Source of the DNA: Octopus sinensis
Lineage: Eukaryota
DNA length: 64,000 nucleotides
Assembly: GCF_006345805.1 (NCBI RefSeq)
Contig: NC_043001.1
Coordinates: 88,970,001-89,034,000, forward strand
Reading direction: 5' to 3'
Below the pieces are notes generated by a model that saw only the letters and a list, made by a program, of their open reading frames with translations, was not told the DNA's origin and ran no database searches. Below, in pieces: positions 14,743-26,519 of the stretch; position 1 is the first letter of the stretch; every line of letters begins with the position of its first letter. Position numbers and translations under genes: made by a program.

Positions 14743-16035
14743 CAGGGGTGTATGAAAAGTTTTGGGCCTAACCTAGAAACGGGGCTGCTATATAGCTGAA
14801 ACAATTTTTTCTAGTAAGTACAGTCTTTTCAAGGTATTCTTGCTCACTTTCATTATTCTGATACTTTAATTTTTTTTTGTTGCAGATTTTTGAATAAACA
14901 AGCTTCGAATTTACAAGGAAAATGGAGAAAACTGAGTATCTTGCTGTCATAAAGTACCTTCATTTGAAAGGCATGACTCCATCAGAAATCCATGAAGATA
15001 TGGTAAGAACCTTAACAGACAATGCTCCTTCATATGCAACAGAGAAACGCTGGGTAAATGAATTCAAGCATGGCAGGGAGAGTGTAATAGATTATCCAAG
15101 ACTAGGGAGACCTCCAACTGCAACCACCAAGGACACCCCTGACCCAGCTCTTGGTATGATAATGCAAGATCGTCGAATATCATGTCCTCAGATAGCCGAG
15201 ACACTGGGCATCTCAACTGAAAGAGCAGACAACATTGTAACAAAAGAACTTGGGTTCTCAAAGGTTTTTGCAAGGCGGATCCCTCGCCTTTTGACCCCTG
15301 AACAGAAACGCACCAGGTGCATTTTGTCCACAAGCAATCTGGAACTGTTTGAAACCGATGAAGTGAATTTTCTTGCTCGTTTCATTACTATGGACGAAAG
15401 TTGGGTTCATCACTACCAGCCTGAAGCCAAAGAACAATCAAAGCAGTGGAAGCATGCATCTTCTCCTACCCCAAAGAAGGCCAGGGTCAATTCTTCAGCT
15501 AGCAAGGTCATGGCATTGGTTTTTTTGAATTCTCAAGTTGTCTTGCTGATCGATTACCTTGAAAAGGGTCACACTGTGACAGGGCTGCATTATTCTCAGC
15601 TACTGAAACACCTCCGACAAGCAATCAAAGAAAAAAAGTCGGGAATGCTCACCAGAGGAGTCTTTTTTCATCACGACAATGCTCCAGCCCACACCTCAGT
15701 GGTTGCCATGGCAATAATTTGTGATTGTGGATATGAACTTGTTCCCCATCTGCCTTATTCGCCAGACTTAGCTCCCTCTGACTTTCATATTTTCCCAAAA
15801 ATGAAAAAAGCCCTGGCTGTTCACCATTTTGCCAGTGACAATGACATCATAGATGCTGTAGGTAGTTTCTTGGAGTCTCAAACAAAAGAGTTCTTCTGTG
15901 CCTGGATAATGGCGCTTCAGCATCGCTGGCGAAAGTGTTCAGCCATCCAGGGGGACTATGTTGAAAAATACATCATCAGAAGTTTCGTACCATGTTGTGA
16001 TTTTTTGAGGTTCAAGACTTTTCATACACCCCTCC
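14743..16035 (+). mobile_element. Full-length mariner transposon (irritans-like), ~1.29 kb
   Basis: TA-flanked TIRs caggggtgtatgaaaagttttgggcct and aggttcaagacttttcatacacccctcc; encloses the transposase ORF. Confidence 0.95.
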
Positions 16036-16052
16036 TATGTACATATGTATAG
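14922..16052 (+). CDS. Mariner DD34D transposase, open frame with read-through of the usual stop
   Basis: ITMDESW, HHDNAPAH and YSPDLAPSD with exactly 34 residues between the second and third Asp; WVP motif changed to RIP; GDYVEK is followed by TAC (15969-15971) where a stop is expected. Confidence 0.85.
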   Translation: MEKTEYLAVIKYLHLKGMTPSEIHEDMVRTLTDNAPSYATEKRWVNEFKHGRESVIDYPRLGRPPTATTKDTPDPALGMIMQDRRISCPQIAETLGISTERADNIVTKELGFSKVFARRIPRLLTPEQKRTRCILSTSNLELFETDEVNFLARFITMDESWVHHYQPEAKEQSKQWKHASSPTPKKARVNSSASKVMALVFLNSQVVLLIDYLEKGHTVTGLHYSQLLKHLRQAIKEKKSGMLTRGVFFHHDNAPAHTSVVAMAIICDCGYELVPHLPYSPDLAPSDFHIFPKMKKALAVHHFASDNDIIDAVGSFLESQTKEFFCAWIMALQHRWRKCSAIQGDYVEKYIIRSFVPCCDFLRFKTFHTPLLCTYV

Positions 16053-17294
16053 AGTTTGGCAGATGAGAAATCAGGCATCTATTTGGCGCTAAATTTCGAA
16101 ACCGGTACCAAGTTGATCAGTATTTATTTGTTCTGACCCAGTAGAGGTAAGACGTTATTATTGTTCACTGATATTTTTTCCTGTCATGTCTGTAATAGTT
16201 TTGTGACTATTCGGTGGTACAGAAGTAATTTTGACCCCTATTTTTTTAGCGATGTAGGTGCTCCTCTAGTGCTCTTGTGTATATATGTATATATCTAATA
16301 TTGTATGTATATATTTTAGTAATTTGCCTGTACGGCTGATAATTCGCTTGCCACTCGTGGGGGTATTTTATCAATACCATCCCTATATATATTTATATTA
16401 AGGTATATATATATATAAAGAAGGTTGTTTGTAATAACCGGTCAGAGAGTGACCATTGGTTTGGTGCCTATAAAACGCTTAGCTCTATGAGTAGCGTGCT
16501 GGTCAGTTAGTTTTGTAAACAAAAAATATCCAGAACGAGATTACATTGGCAAGCCTATGGGTGGAGCAATGTTATCTCCCTTACATCGGTTCATGTCGAC
16601 TTGCCCCTCTCCCGCAACATTCCAGGCTTTATGGCTGCAGTAGAAAGTAATATTAGATCTTTTCACACACAGTTCCACATAGCTCTGCTTAAGACAGTAA
16701 CATGTTGGCATACCTACATCTAATATGTATGGATTCCAACACATCAAGATATCACAAGCTGAGAGTAATTATTTAGAATGGGAAGTACTTTAGACTGCTG
16801 TTTCCCGAGGTATCACTACAATTTGGGGTGTAAAATAGACACAAAGTTTTATATTCTTATAGATCAAATCAACCTCTATATTTGATTGGTGTCTATCTTA
16901 TTTGCTCTGAAAAAATAAAAGCAGAAATTGAAAAAGATATTTGCCAAATTGGCAGCTGCATCTTCACTCATTTTATGGGTCTCAATCTTACGCTTTTAAT
17001 GAAAATATTCATGTAAGGGAAACAACTCTTAGAGTTACTTCCCTTGCTCTTGTATTTTATGCTACCTAAAGAATTCTCTTTATTTTCATGCTCTTTCCTA
17101 CTTACACATACATGTAGTCGAGTCATTGAGACGAGTTCAATTTGGCCACTCGAGCTGCTAGATATACAAACCAATTTTCACTCAAATGCAGTCTGCTGGC
17201 TCAAATAAAGGATACAGATAAAACATTGTCTTATACATTTTATCAAATGAAATACATACATACGTACATACATACATACATACATACAATCTGA

Positions 17295-18632
17295 CAACAG
17301 GAAATATCAACCAAATACCTGATACACAAAAGGGAGAGATATGCAGGTGTAGTGAAAACGACCGTACGTAAGGAGCTGGTGACAGAAAGGTCTCCTTTTT
17401 AAACGCCGCGCGGTCGTCCCACAAAAGAAGATAGCCACAATACATGGTATAAAGGAATAAGTGCCAAAAGGAATAATGAGGACGACAACCGGTATACTGT
17501 TTGAGAGAAAGAAGACTTTATTTACAGATGTGTACAATAAGTGCGTTTGTGAGTGCTAGCAAAGTGTAGCATCTGGGTGCGTGCATATGTGTGTCTGTGT
17601 GTCCGTTGTAAGGACAACGGTGCGTGCAACAAGTGTTTGTGTTTGTGTGTTCGACAGAAGTACAATCAAGGTGTATGCGTATGTGAGACAATACAGTACG
17701 GAGCATAGAACGAGTCTCTCAGGATATTTTAGACAAGTTGGAGTTAATTTACCAGTTCGTAGTAAGGTTACACAATTGTAATAGTTCTGTAACCGGATGC
17801 TGGGGGTCACAACGTGTAGCGATTGGGGCTTCAATGCTGTGCCAGGTTACTTGGCACAAAAAATCTCGCCGGTAGTGCTATGCTGTGTGAATATCACAAC
17901 AGCGTGTAAGCTAAACCTGAGCGAGTTGGTGTTGCTGGAGATGAAGGCGACGGAGATGTAGACGACGTGAAGTTGAAGGACGACGATGGTGATGGCACCG
18001 GCAGAGACAGGCGTCGTCGAGATGAAAACGACGGTGGTGAAGACAGGCGTCGTTGAGTTGCTGTATGTTGTCTCGTCGCGGCTGAAGTAGGAACTGGCTG
18101 AGGTGCTCTATGGTCAGAGGTTAGCCCTGAAAAGGACTAGAACCAAAGGCGGTATGCTGGAACATGGTTGAGTCGCTCTTTGGCCAGAGGTTAGTCCTGA
18201 GAAGGACTGGAACCTAAGACGAGAAATCGTGAATGCTGGGGCCTTTTTATAACCTGAGGTGGACTCCAGTGAAACTCCAAAAAAGACTGTGTCATGGGAC
18301 CTTATCCGAAGGCCATGATTGGTTGGATTACACACTGGCGCGAAATAAGTCAAGAGAGAAACTGCGCCACTGTCAACCAATCAGAGCAGTGTACACAATA
18401 GGGTCAAAATAGCTGAAGATGGTTGCTATCTAACACGAGATCATTTCTAATATATCTCTCAAACAGTGAGTATATCAGCTACGCTACACAGGAAAAGCAG
18501 TAAAATGTGACAACCGACGCAAATGTGTGAAGTTAACACCGACGATATCACCCACATCATAAGCAGTTGTCCAAAAATGTCATCACGGTGTTATCTGCCG
18601 ATGAGACAATGTTGTCGCTAGGACACTGTGAT
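17295..18632 (+). mobile_element. REL-type (R4/HERO-like) non-LTR retrotransposon zinc-knuckle fragment split by a solo LTR
   Basis: Joining 17295-17347 to 18493 onward reads QQEISTKYLIHKRERYAGKAVKCDNR, then after frameshifts TDDITHIISSCPKMSSRCYLPMR and VVARTL, matching the CCHC region upstream of REL endonucleases. Confidence 0.75.
17348..18488 (-). mobile_element. Solo LTR (Gypsy-like), 1141 bp
   Basis: TGTAG...CTACA termini, exact 4-bp TSD CAGG (17344-17347 and 18489-18492); minus strand carries CCAAT-like boxes, TATAAAA and AATAAA. Confidence 0.88.
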
Positions 18633-19330
18633 CCGTCAAAAGGATAGCCCCGAGGACAAAGAAATAAGAAGCCACAGTATGGTGGAAGCCATACGGCGAC
18701 CTCCATCTCCGTCGCCACCATTCGTCCTAACGTCAACATCTCTCTACGTAGTCGCCCAGGTTACAACACTGCACTGTTCGTGAACTACTTCACCACGGAT
18801 CAACAGCGAGTATACAACCTGCGAGAACTCCTGTACCAAGTGACCCAGGCAGCAGCATCACAGCCACAACTTCACGTACGACATGTACCGCAACCAGCTC
18901 TGCATCATCGTCGCAACTTCTTGATACAGTATTTCAACTGTCGTGTACAATTGACTACGAACTGGTATTTATCATTCTTATGTCTATGAACTTACTCCTC
19001 ACTTCGATGGCTATAGACTCTTTCACTGTCTCTTCTTCTTCGCCATCCATGTATGTTCTTAACGTGCATATATCTATGCCTACATACATACGCATACATC
19101 TTATTCTTATGACGGCCTGTCCATTATTCTGTATATATGACGCACACACAATCACACACGTTAACCTATCAATAAATCTTCTCTTAAACATTCTACCCGG
19201 TTGTGTCTCTTATTTCCTTCTGGCGCGTATATGCATTGTTCTATTTATATTTATTGCATCGACCGTGTGATGTACTAAGGGGCCATTCTCATCACCTCAC
19301 TTCGCACGGATGTCACAAATCGGCGACCCG
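18627..19330 (+). mobile_element. Related LTR with primer-binding-site remnant
   Basis: TGTGA..TCCG / CGGATGTCACA termini (18627-19317), followed by cggcgacc resembling the TGGCGACC PBS; shares actacgaactggta and aataaa...ccggttgt blocks with the 17348 LTR; no TSD. Confidence 0.65.
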
Positions 19331-20454
19331 TTCCAGCTTCTTGAAACTACAAAACAATTATAACCTTCATGCCCATTATAAATGAATAACCACCAAATAA
19401 GAACACAAATTTGTTGAAATGGAGTTGCAGTCGATTCGACCTGCAGTAGACCTACTCAGATTGGTTGATGTTCATCCTAAACATTTGCAGGAAAACATAA
19501 ACAGAAAGGGATCAAGGTATCTACATCGAATGATTACAAAATCGTAAATTCTACTTAAGGTACCAAAGAACCAAGTCGGAATTTAAACTGGGCAGCGTGC
19601 TAGGGCTACCGCACAATTTATTTTATGGGCTATGTTTAGACTAGAAACTACAATGCAGAGGGACAGAAGTATGTAGTTTGTATGTATTGTCAGACAATTT
19701 GGTGATCAACCGTTCCTACAATTTACCAGTAGACTGTAACACAGTACAGGTTTCGTAGACCCTGATAATTTAGTTTATGCGTACAAGGGACATAACTCTT
19801 GTATACCAAAGTTATAACTGTTTTATCAACTAAACACGCTTCTTCCCTGTCACTATCACTACCTCGTATCTCTTAATGAGAGTCCAATTATAAAGAGCTA
19901 GAAATGTCAAGAGGCATCTGAAATCACCCTGTAAACTCGACATTTGTAACAAAGATATCCACGAATGACGTAATCAATTATTCAACACACGACTTTAGAA
20001 CTGTATTCTCTCACACACATACACACGCTCACCATATGGGCGGCAGGATTAGCATACAGATTGTTTACCTGGGTTATTTGCAGCAGATTTTACTGTGTCA
20101 CAAGAATTCTGACTTCTGCTTCTCTCTTTTCTCATGTTCTGCTTACATAATACCGACGTACATTCTGTTCAAGTGGAACATTTACAGCATCAGTCTTTGT
20201 AAAGCTAGGATTGTCTGTATAAAATATGGGCACTGCCCAGCTTCCCAATAAATTTATTAATATTTATTTAAATACACACATCCTGCAATCATGTGTCCTC
20301 TAAACAAAAGATTATAATAAAGAAATTAGCATGAAGATGTGTCAGTGATGCTACTGTTACTGATGATGATGACAACGACGACGACGAATGATGATGGGTA
20401 CGGTGATGGTGAATATAATGATGTCACTAACTAGTTGAACTATAGCATAACAAG

Positions 20455-20700
20455 CCAATGAGAAAGCCTCCGTGGGGTCATTTGTCTCACAAGAAATAGT
20501 AGCCAAATCTCTCTCAAACCACTGCCAACCTTTTTGTTTTCTCTTGAATGGAAAGGAGACACTGGCTTATGTAGGGCTTAAACACACTGTCTAAAAACAG
20601 AAAGCATAGAAGAGAAATGACAGCATGGTCACAGCTGTAATGCCTTTAGTTGTTTGATTTGGGTTTGCTCGTTCAGAGCTGACCTGGAGCTAAGCAATAA
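20455..20700 (+). mobile_element. Degenerate interspersed repeat, family E
   Basis: gaaatagcagccaaatctc...ggatggtcatggctggaa...gagctgacctgg block recurring at ~12000, 13970, 30280, 32510(-), 33190, 36290(-) and 41940. Confidence 0.55.
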
Positions 20701-21626
20701 CATATGCTAGGAAGGTCAAACTTTTAGTACCAGTCACATGATTTTCTCATCCACTGGGGTGATGATGATAGTGAGGGAGAAGATCCTGATCTCACACTAT
20801 GCTTTTACCATGTTGTTTAGCAAAAGGTTAGAACTATTAACAGAGGTTGTTCCAACCACAGCCATCCTGAAGACTTCTTTTCTCACTGACACAGAATATA
20901 TAAGATGACATTATTATTCAACATTAAGGCGGTGAACTGGCAGAATGCTTAGAGGCATTTCGTTCATCTTTACATTCTGAGTTCAAATTCTGCCGACTTT
21001 GCTTTCTGTCCTTTCAGGTTCAATAAATTAAGTACCAGTGAAACACTGGGGTTGATATAATTGATTGATCCCCTTCCCCAAAATTACAGGTCTTCTGCCT
21101 TTGGTAGAAAGGATTATTATTCAATGTTGGTTTACAGTTTCTGAGAGAAATTTTGTGAGACAAAACAAGAATGCTTTTGCCTCCCCACTACCATCAGGGC
21201 CGGGTTCTCTCAAAATTCTAAAGGACTTTAGGTTTATTTTTATTTTATTTTATTCTTTTTTTTTAGAGAGGTCCCAAATATTTACAGATCCCCGCTTGGC
21301 TCTCTGGATCTTTGATAGATGTATTGACTGCCTGCCCCCACCTCATTTCTCAGGTCCTGTTGATAAGATAAAGTAATGTAATGGATGCTTTGCTATTATT
21401 TTTAACAGGTCAAATGAATGTATAGAACATGGTTTCTTAATTTGTTCATCCCACACACCACTTCATTTTTTATCCGCTCCACCAAGAATGGTCAGAGTAT
21501 ACTGCATATCTACATGTATGTATATTCTGGATTTTATATTCTGCAGTGCCTCAGCATGGCCACAACCTTTGGGCTGAAATGTATAAAAGGATTTCTTTTT
21601 ATAAATACATACATACATGCATACTT

Positions 21627-21663
<37 letters not shown>

Positions 21664-21670
21664 TACATAC

Positions 21671-21698
<28 letters not shown>

Positions 21699-21701
<3 letters not shown>

Positions 21702-22543
21702 AGCAGCATAGCCCGGCATTGCCCAGGTATGAAAGAAACTTTGTCGATAAGCAATGCCCTTTACCTTTTTACCCCTTTTTATACTCATTGAACCGTTATT
21801 TTGTAAATAACAAAAGTCAGTTTTGTAGGGTTCGCATGGTCGGTCTCAAAGTGATATGGTTTTGTTGATTTCTCCCAATACTTGTTAACTGCATTGACAA
21901 AAGGTCGTTAGTTTGACATTTAATGCAAATTTGATGTCCAACATCAGTGTAAGGAAAATCTATGTGAACTTTCAAAAATTATCGCAGAAAAATCGGTGTG
22001 CTATGTGTGCCACATATGATGTAATTAACAGATTTTTTTCAGTAATAACGTATCCTATTGGAATCAAAAGGGCCATATAGCTCCTTGGAGCAGACATGAT
22101 GCTCGCTGGGAATTTCAAAAAAAATTCCTGCCATTTTGTTAAAGATATTGTCGAAAATATGTCATCTTGAATTTGAATGTGATTTCCCAAAATGGCATGA
22201 TTTTATCGATTTTTTCTGATGGTAAGTTATTGCATGGAAAATTAACGTCAGAATTAAGTTCCTTAGGGTAACATTAAGCTTCACCATGAGTTTGTGAACA
22301 TCGATTACAAGTTGCAAAAACTACAACGGAAAATGTGTTGCATATGATAAGCTTAGATTCTCGACCCCATGTCGAATTTATCGATTTTTTCAGAACTGGG
22401 GGAACTTTTCAAACTTTTCGCTGCATTAGTTTTGAATTATGACATTGGGCTATGTGTGTGTCAAGTTTCATCAGAATCGGTTGAAAGCCGTAGTCAGGGT
22501 GAGGGTACAACCTGACAGACACACAGACAGACAAACTGCCTTT

Positions 22544-22550
<7 letters not shown>
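21699..22550 (-). mobile_element. Non-autonomous Helitron inserted in (TA)n
   Basis: actagcagcatagcccggcattgcccaggt is the reverse complement of a hairpin plus CTAG 3' end; the other end has aagtttcatcagaatcgg...cagacagacaaactgccttttatatata typical of these elements. Confidence 0.8.
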
Positions 22551-22579
<29 letters not shown>

Positions 22580-22879
22580 ATATATATATTCTTTTATATC
22601 CCTTTATATATATATACTTTTGTGTATTCTATATTATTTTTACATATGTATGTATGTAGCTTTAACTTGTCTTTGGAGCACTCAGAATTACTAGAAAGTC
22701 TTTGCAATGTAGTATGCAAGTTGCACAATGCTTAAATTCTGAACAGGCCTTTCTAACATCAGAGTCAACACTCTTTTATTTTCATTGCTATTTTTTTATT
22801 TTTTTATTTTCTCCTTTTACGTTTTTTGTAATTTTGCATGTTCTTTTGTCTCTTTGTATCACAAGCGATGGGAAAGTGG

Positions 22880-23310
22880 AATCTAATCACCAACCTGCAC
22901 ACAGGTGACCTTTTCATAAAGTTGCTTCCTTATTAACTCAATGTAATGTTGGGATTCAATCTTTCCATAAGTTGTCTGAGCAACCCTTTTAGGGACAGCA
23001 CTGAGAGAGTGATGTATTGGACAAACTAAAATGGAGGGAAAAAAATCCAAGAAAGTGCTGCCTTGTTTGAAGATAACATGCAGAAACATGCACTGATAAA
23101 AAGAGAAGCAAAACAGGGTTTGCTTCTGGTCAATGACCCCTCTTAGCTTGTGATATTTGCAACCCAAGCTGGACTAGTTAATCATAAGTGGATGTATATA
23201 CATAGGCCCTCTACTAACTTTTCACAATTGCAATCTGATGAATTAGCTTGCTATTTGCAATAAGATCTGTGGAAGTAAATCTGGACTGACAAGGCACATG
23301 AAAAGTCACA
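22880..23310 (+). mobile_element. RTE-like LINE 3' remnant
   Basis: DKLKWREKIQESAALFEDN...KR and a frameshifted C2H2 finger CxxCNKICGSKSGLTRHMKSH at 23246-23309, as at RTE C-termini. Confidence 0.65.
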
Positions 23311-24325
23311 ACAATTTCCAATAGTCTTTAAAGTGAAATCAAGCATTATCATGTTGTTTGTGTAAGACTTTGTAAATCTCTTGCTGGACTAAAAGATCAT
23401 TTTCGGTTACACAACAAGCAACTATTTCTAACCATTTATTAAATTTAAAATGTAAATATTGCCAGTGAGTTTGTGTGTTCCTGGTTTTTCACTAGTTTGA
23501 TGCCTTTGTGTATTAATCTGTCAGTGCTGATGTTGAGAAGAGTCATACTTGATTAACAAGTCGACAGCCATTGTGTGTGTCTTCATTTGTTCTTTAACAA
23601 GAATAGTGTTGATAGCAACTTTGATGTTTCAGCCAGATTAGCTTTCTTCAATGACATGAACTCAATGAAGGCTATGCATGCTGAAACGTTGAAGTTTCTG
23701 TCAATACTATTCTTGTGAAAATATATGTACTCTACATAAGATATTGAGTAATCCTTTGTTTAATGGAAAACTGTTTTTATTATATGTAATTTGACATAAA
23801 AAAAGAATAATTTCACATTTTCTAGAAGTTTATAAATTCTTATGACGTCAGTATCAATTATTGCATTTTTTTTTTTTTTTGCATGTTGGTGAACTTTTAT
23901 GGGTTACCTTTTGCTGAATTATATACTGTATCCACTCAGCCATTTTGTATTGAGACCATGGGCTGCCAAACATTTCCAATTTCCCTGTATTCTGGATCTT
24001 ATCTTATGCAATAGGAGTTTCATACCATAATTGCTCAGGTATTTTATCTCTACACATGTGACTGCCATATAAATGCAATAAAATAAAATTAAACCCACAC
24101 CATGCAACATAGTTTGGTTAGCATGATATGAATAAAATGTTGTGCAGTACTGTAAAATGTGACCTCATCACAGCATTCTATACAATCTATTACGCTTCAC
24201 TAAACCAGTCGTTACACATTAGTGGGAATGCTTCTATACTGATGTTTCTCATGGGGGAAAAGTAGGTTACTTCAGAATGGGATGTAAGTAACAAGCAAAC
24301 AAAACTGCAGTAAAGTATTAAGTAT

Positions 24326-24356
<31 letters not shown>

Positions 24357-24372
24357 CATATATATATGTGCA

Positions 24373-24562
24373 GGTGGCACGTAAAAAGCACCCACTACAC
24401 TCACGGAGTGGTTGGCGTTAGGAAGGGCATCCAGCTGTAGAAACATTGCCAAATTAGACTGGAGCCTGGTGCAGCCTTCTGGCTTCCCAGAACCCCGGTC
24501 GAACCGTCCAACCCATGCTAGCATGGAGAACGGACGTTAAACGACGATGATGATGATGATGA
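24373..24562 (+). mobile_element. Family C SINE, well preserved
   Basis: ggtggcacgtaaaaagcacc...ggacgttaaacgacgatgatgat. Confidence 0.88.
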
Positions 24563-24689
24563 TACATATACATCATCATCATTGTTTAACATCTGTCTAT
24601 CATGCATGCATGGGTAAGACGGTTGACATGGACACAATATAAAAAGTAGGTTCTATCTGTGATCTTGGGGGGACCAAAAATGTAACAAA

Positions 24690-24880
24690 TATTTAGCCAT
24701 ATATGGACATCATCCAAACAGTTCAGTTCTTGAATTTAGACATGTAGTGGAGTCTAAGCTGCTTTTCCAGATGAGCCATCTTTCTATATCACAAAGACCG
24801 CACTTTCCACTGGCATTGGTGTAAGGCTTACACTTGGCTAAGATCTTCCAATAGATATTCGCCAGAGCAGTTTTCCGCCC
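24690..24880 (-). mobile_element. Penelope-like element C-terminal fragment (second family)
   Basis: Minus strand reads WKILAKCKPYTNASGKCGLCDIERWLIW...LNSRTELFG*CPYMAKYLL, matching the W.IL...C.LC..EK..I...LN.R.EL...C.H pattern of PLE C-termini. Confidence 0.7.
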
Positions 24881-24935
24881 CGACATTCGAAACTCAGAAT
24901 TTTATTATGGCAACCAAATAATTGTCACATATTAC

Positions 24936-24977
<42 letters not shown>

Positions 24978-26519
24978 GTATATCTATGTGTGTGTTCTTG
25001 TGTCTATGTTTGTTCCCCCTTACTATTTAGTAACCAATGCTGGTGTGTTTATGTCCCCATAGCTTAGCAGTTCTGCAAAAGAACTGATAGAATAAGTACC
25101 AGGCTTTAAAAAAATTATAAGCACTGGGGTTGATTCATTCAACTAAAATTCTTCAAGGTAATGCCCCAGCATGGCCATAGTCTGATGACTGAAACAAGTA
25201 AAAGGTAAAATATTCGACCATTTATTTATATATCTGTAACAAACATGTTACTGATAGATGCAATGAATGCAGCAGTTATTAATATTAATAACATTATTTA
25301 AACTTCGTGGGACTGTGTGATATGTATCAAATGAATCAATGGAAGGAAAAAATTTATTTCCTACAGGTTTGGGCACTACTTAAATACAGAGGTCCCGTAG
25401 CGTTAGTTTTTTGGGGGACCTCTGTATTTAAGTACTACTTAGATTTGACTTATCCATCACAGTCCGTTGGGTTAGAGACAGTACACAGCTGTAGTAGTTG
25501 ACTGTTTTACAGAGGTGAAGGGATGTCTGTGGTAAGAACAGCAGCAGCCATGTATCTTGGGCCAAGTTTCAGACAAAAAGAAAATATAGGCATGCTTGAA
25601 GGAGAGAGACGTGCTGCATCTCAAAGGGAAAAGAAACTGTCCTAAAATATTCGGAGAGAGAGAGCATGCTCCTCCAGCAAAGTGTCAGGTGAAAGAGACA
25701 CCAAGAAGCTGGGTGCAGGCCGGAGAGCAAAAGAAAGTGTTTGGGTTTCCCCACCTTTGAACCAAATTTAACACAAGATGTTAAGCTAAACAATAGTATG
25801 ACAGTTGACTCCCACAAATCTCCAAGTGCCAACACTGAGAATAATGAAAAGGAGTCTACAGAAAAATCTAGACCAAAGTTTCAACTCCCAGCCAAGAATC
25901 CTGGAAACAAACTATTTTACACACACACAACACATATAACTGACATAAAAATATCCCCGTGTACCTTCCTTCCGTTTCCATCACTACCAATGTTTATTTA
26001 AGTAAAAATCAAACAAATCGTAAGACAAACGACTAACTGAAAGCTATGAACTGCTCAGTAGCCTACAAATACATTGAATTTAAAAATTCTCCGAGAACAC
26101 CTGCAAGACCTCTTTGTGAGTCGCAGTCTACCATTGCTGCCTTAAGACATGGACATACTAGGCAGTTGCTTGGGGGGGGGGGTCACAGGTGTAGGAGCCC
26201 AATTCTGATCGGTGTATGCTGTAAATAAATACTATAGGTCCCAGTGCACTCATATTCCCGAGAGCCTATGATGATGCTAAGACGGCACTGCAGTCCACCT
26301 GTAGCCAACCTCTGATTCAGACAGTGTAGTTAATTTTACATTGTTCTAGTTCACCTGTCAAGATTACTTAGAAATGTTACTTGATACAGACTGGTATCTG
26401 TATCAAGTAACAGCAGATGTCCAGCAGATTCATCTCACATCTGTTCAACACAAAGAAAACAAAACTATATACTCGTCTTTAAAATCCATACGGAATTTGG
26501 AGCATAATTTAAATATTTG

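Noticed and set aside
17795-17821. LTR end plus PBS at tgtagc (17815)
   Set aside because: The CAGG TSD and LINE frame restoration place the LTR boundary at 17348, so this motif is internal.
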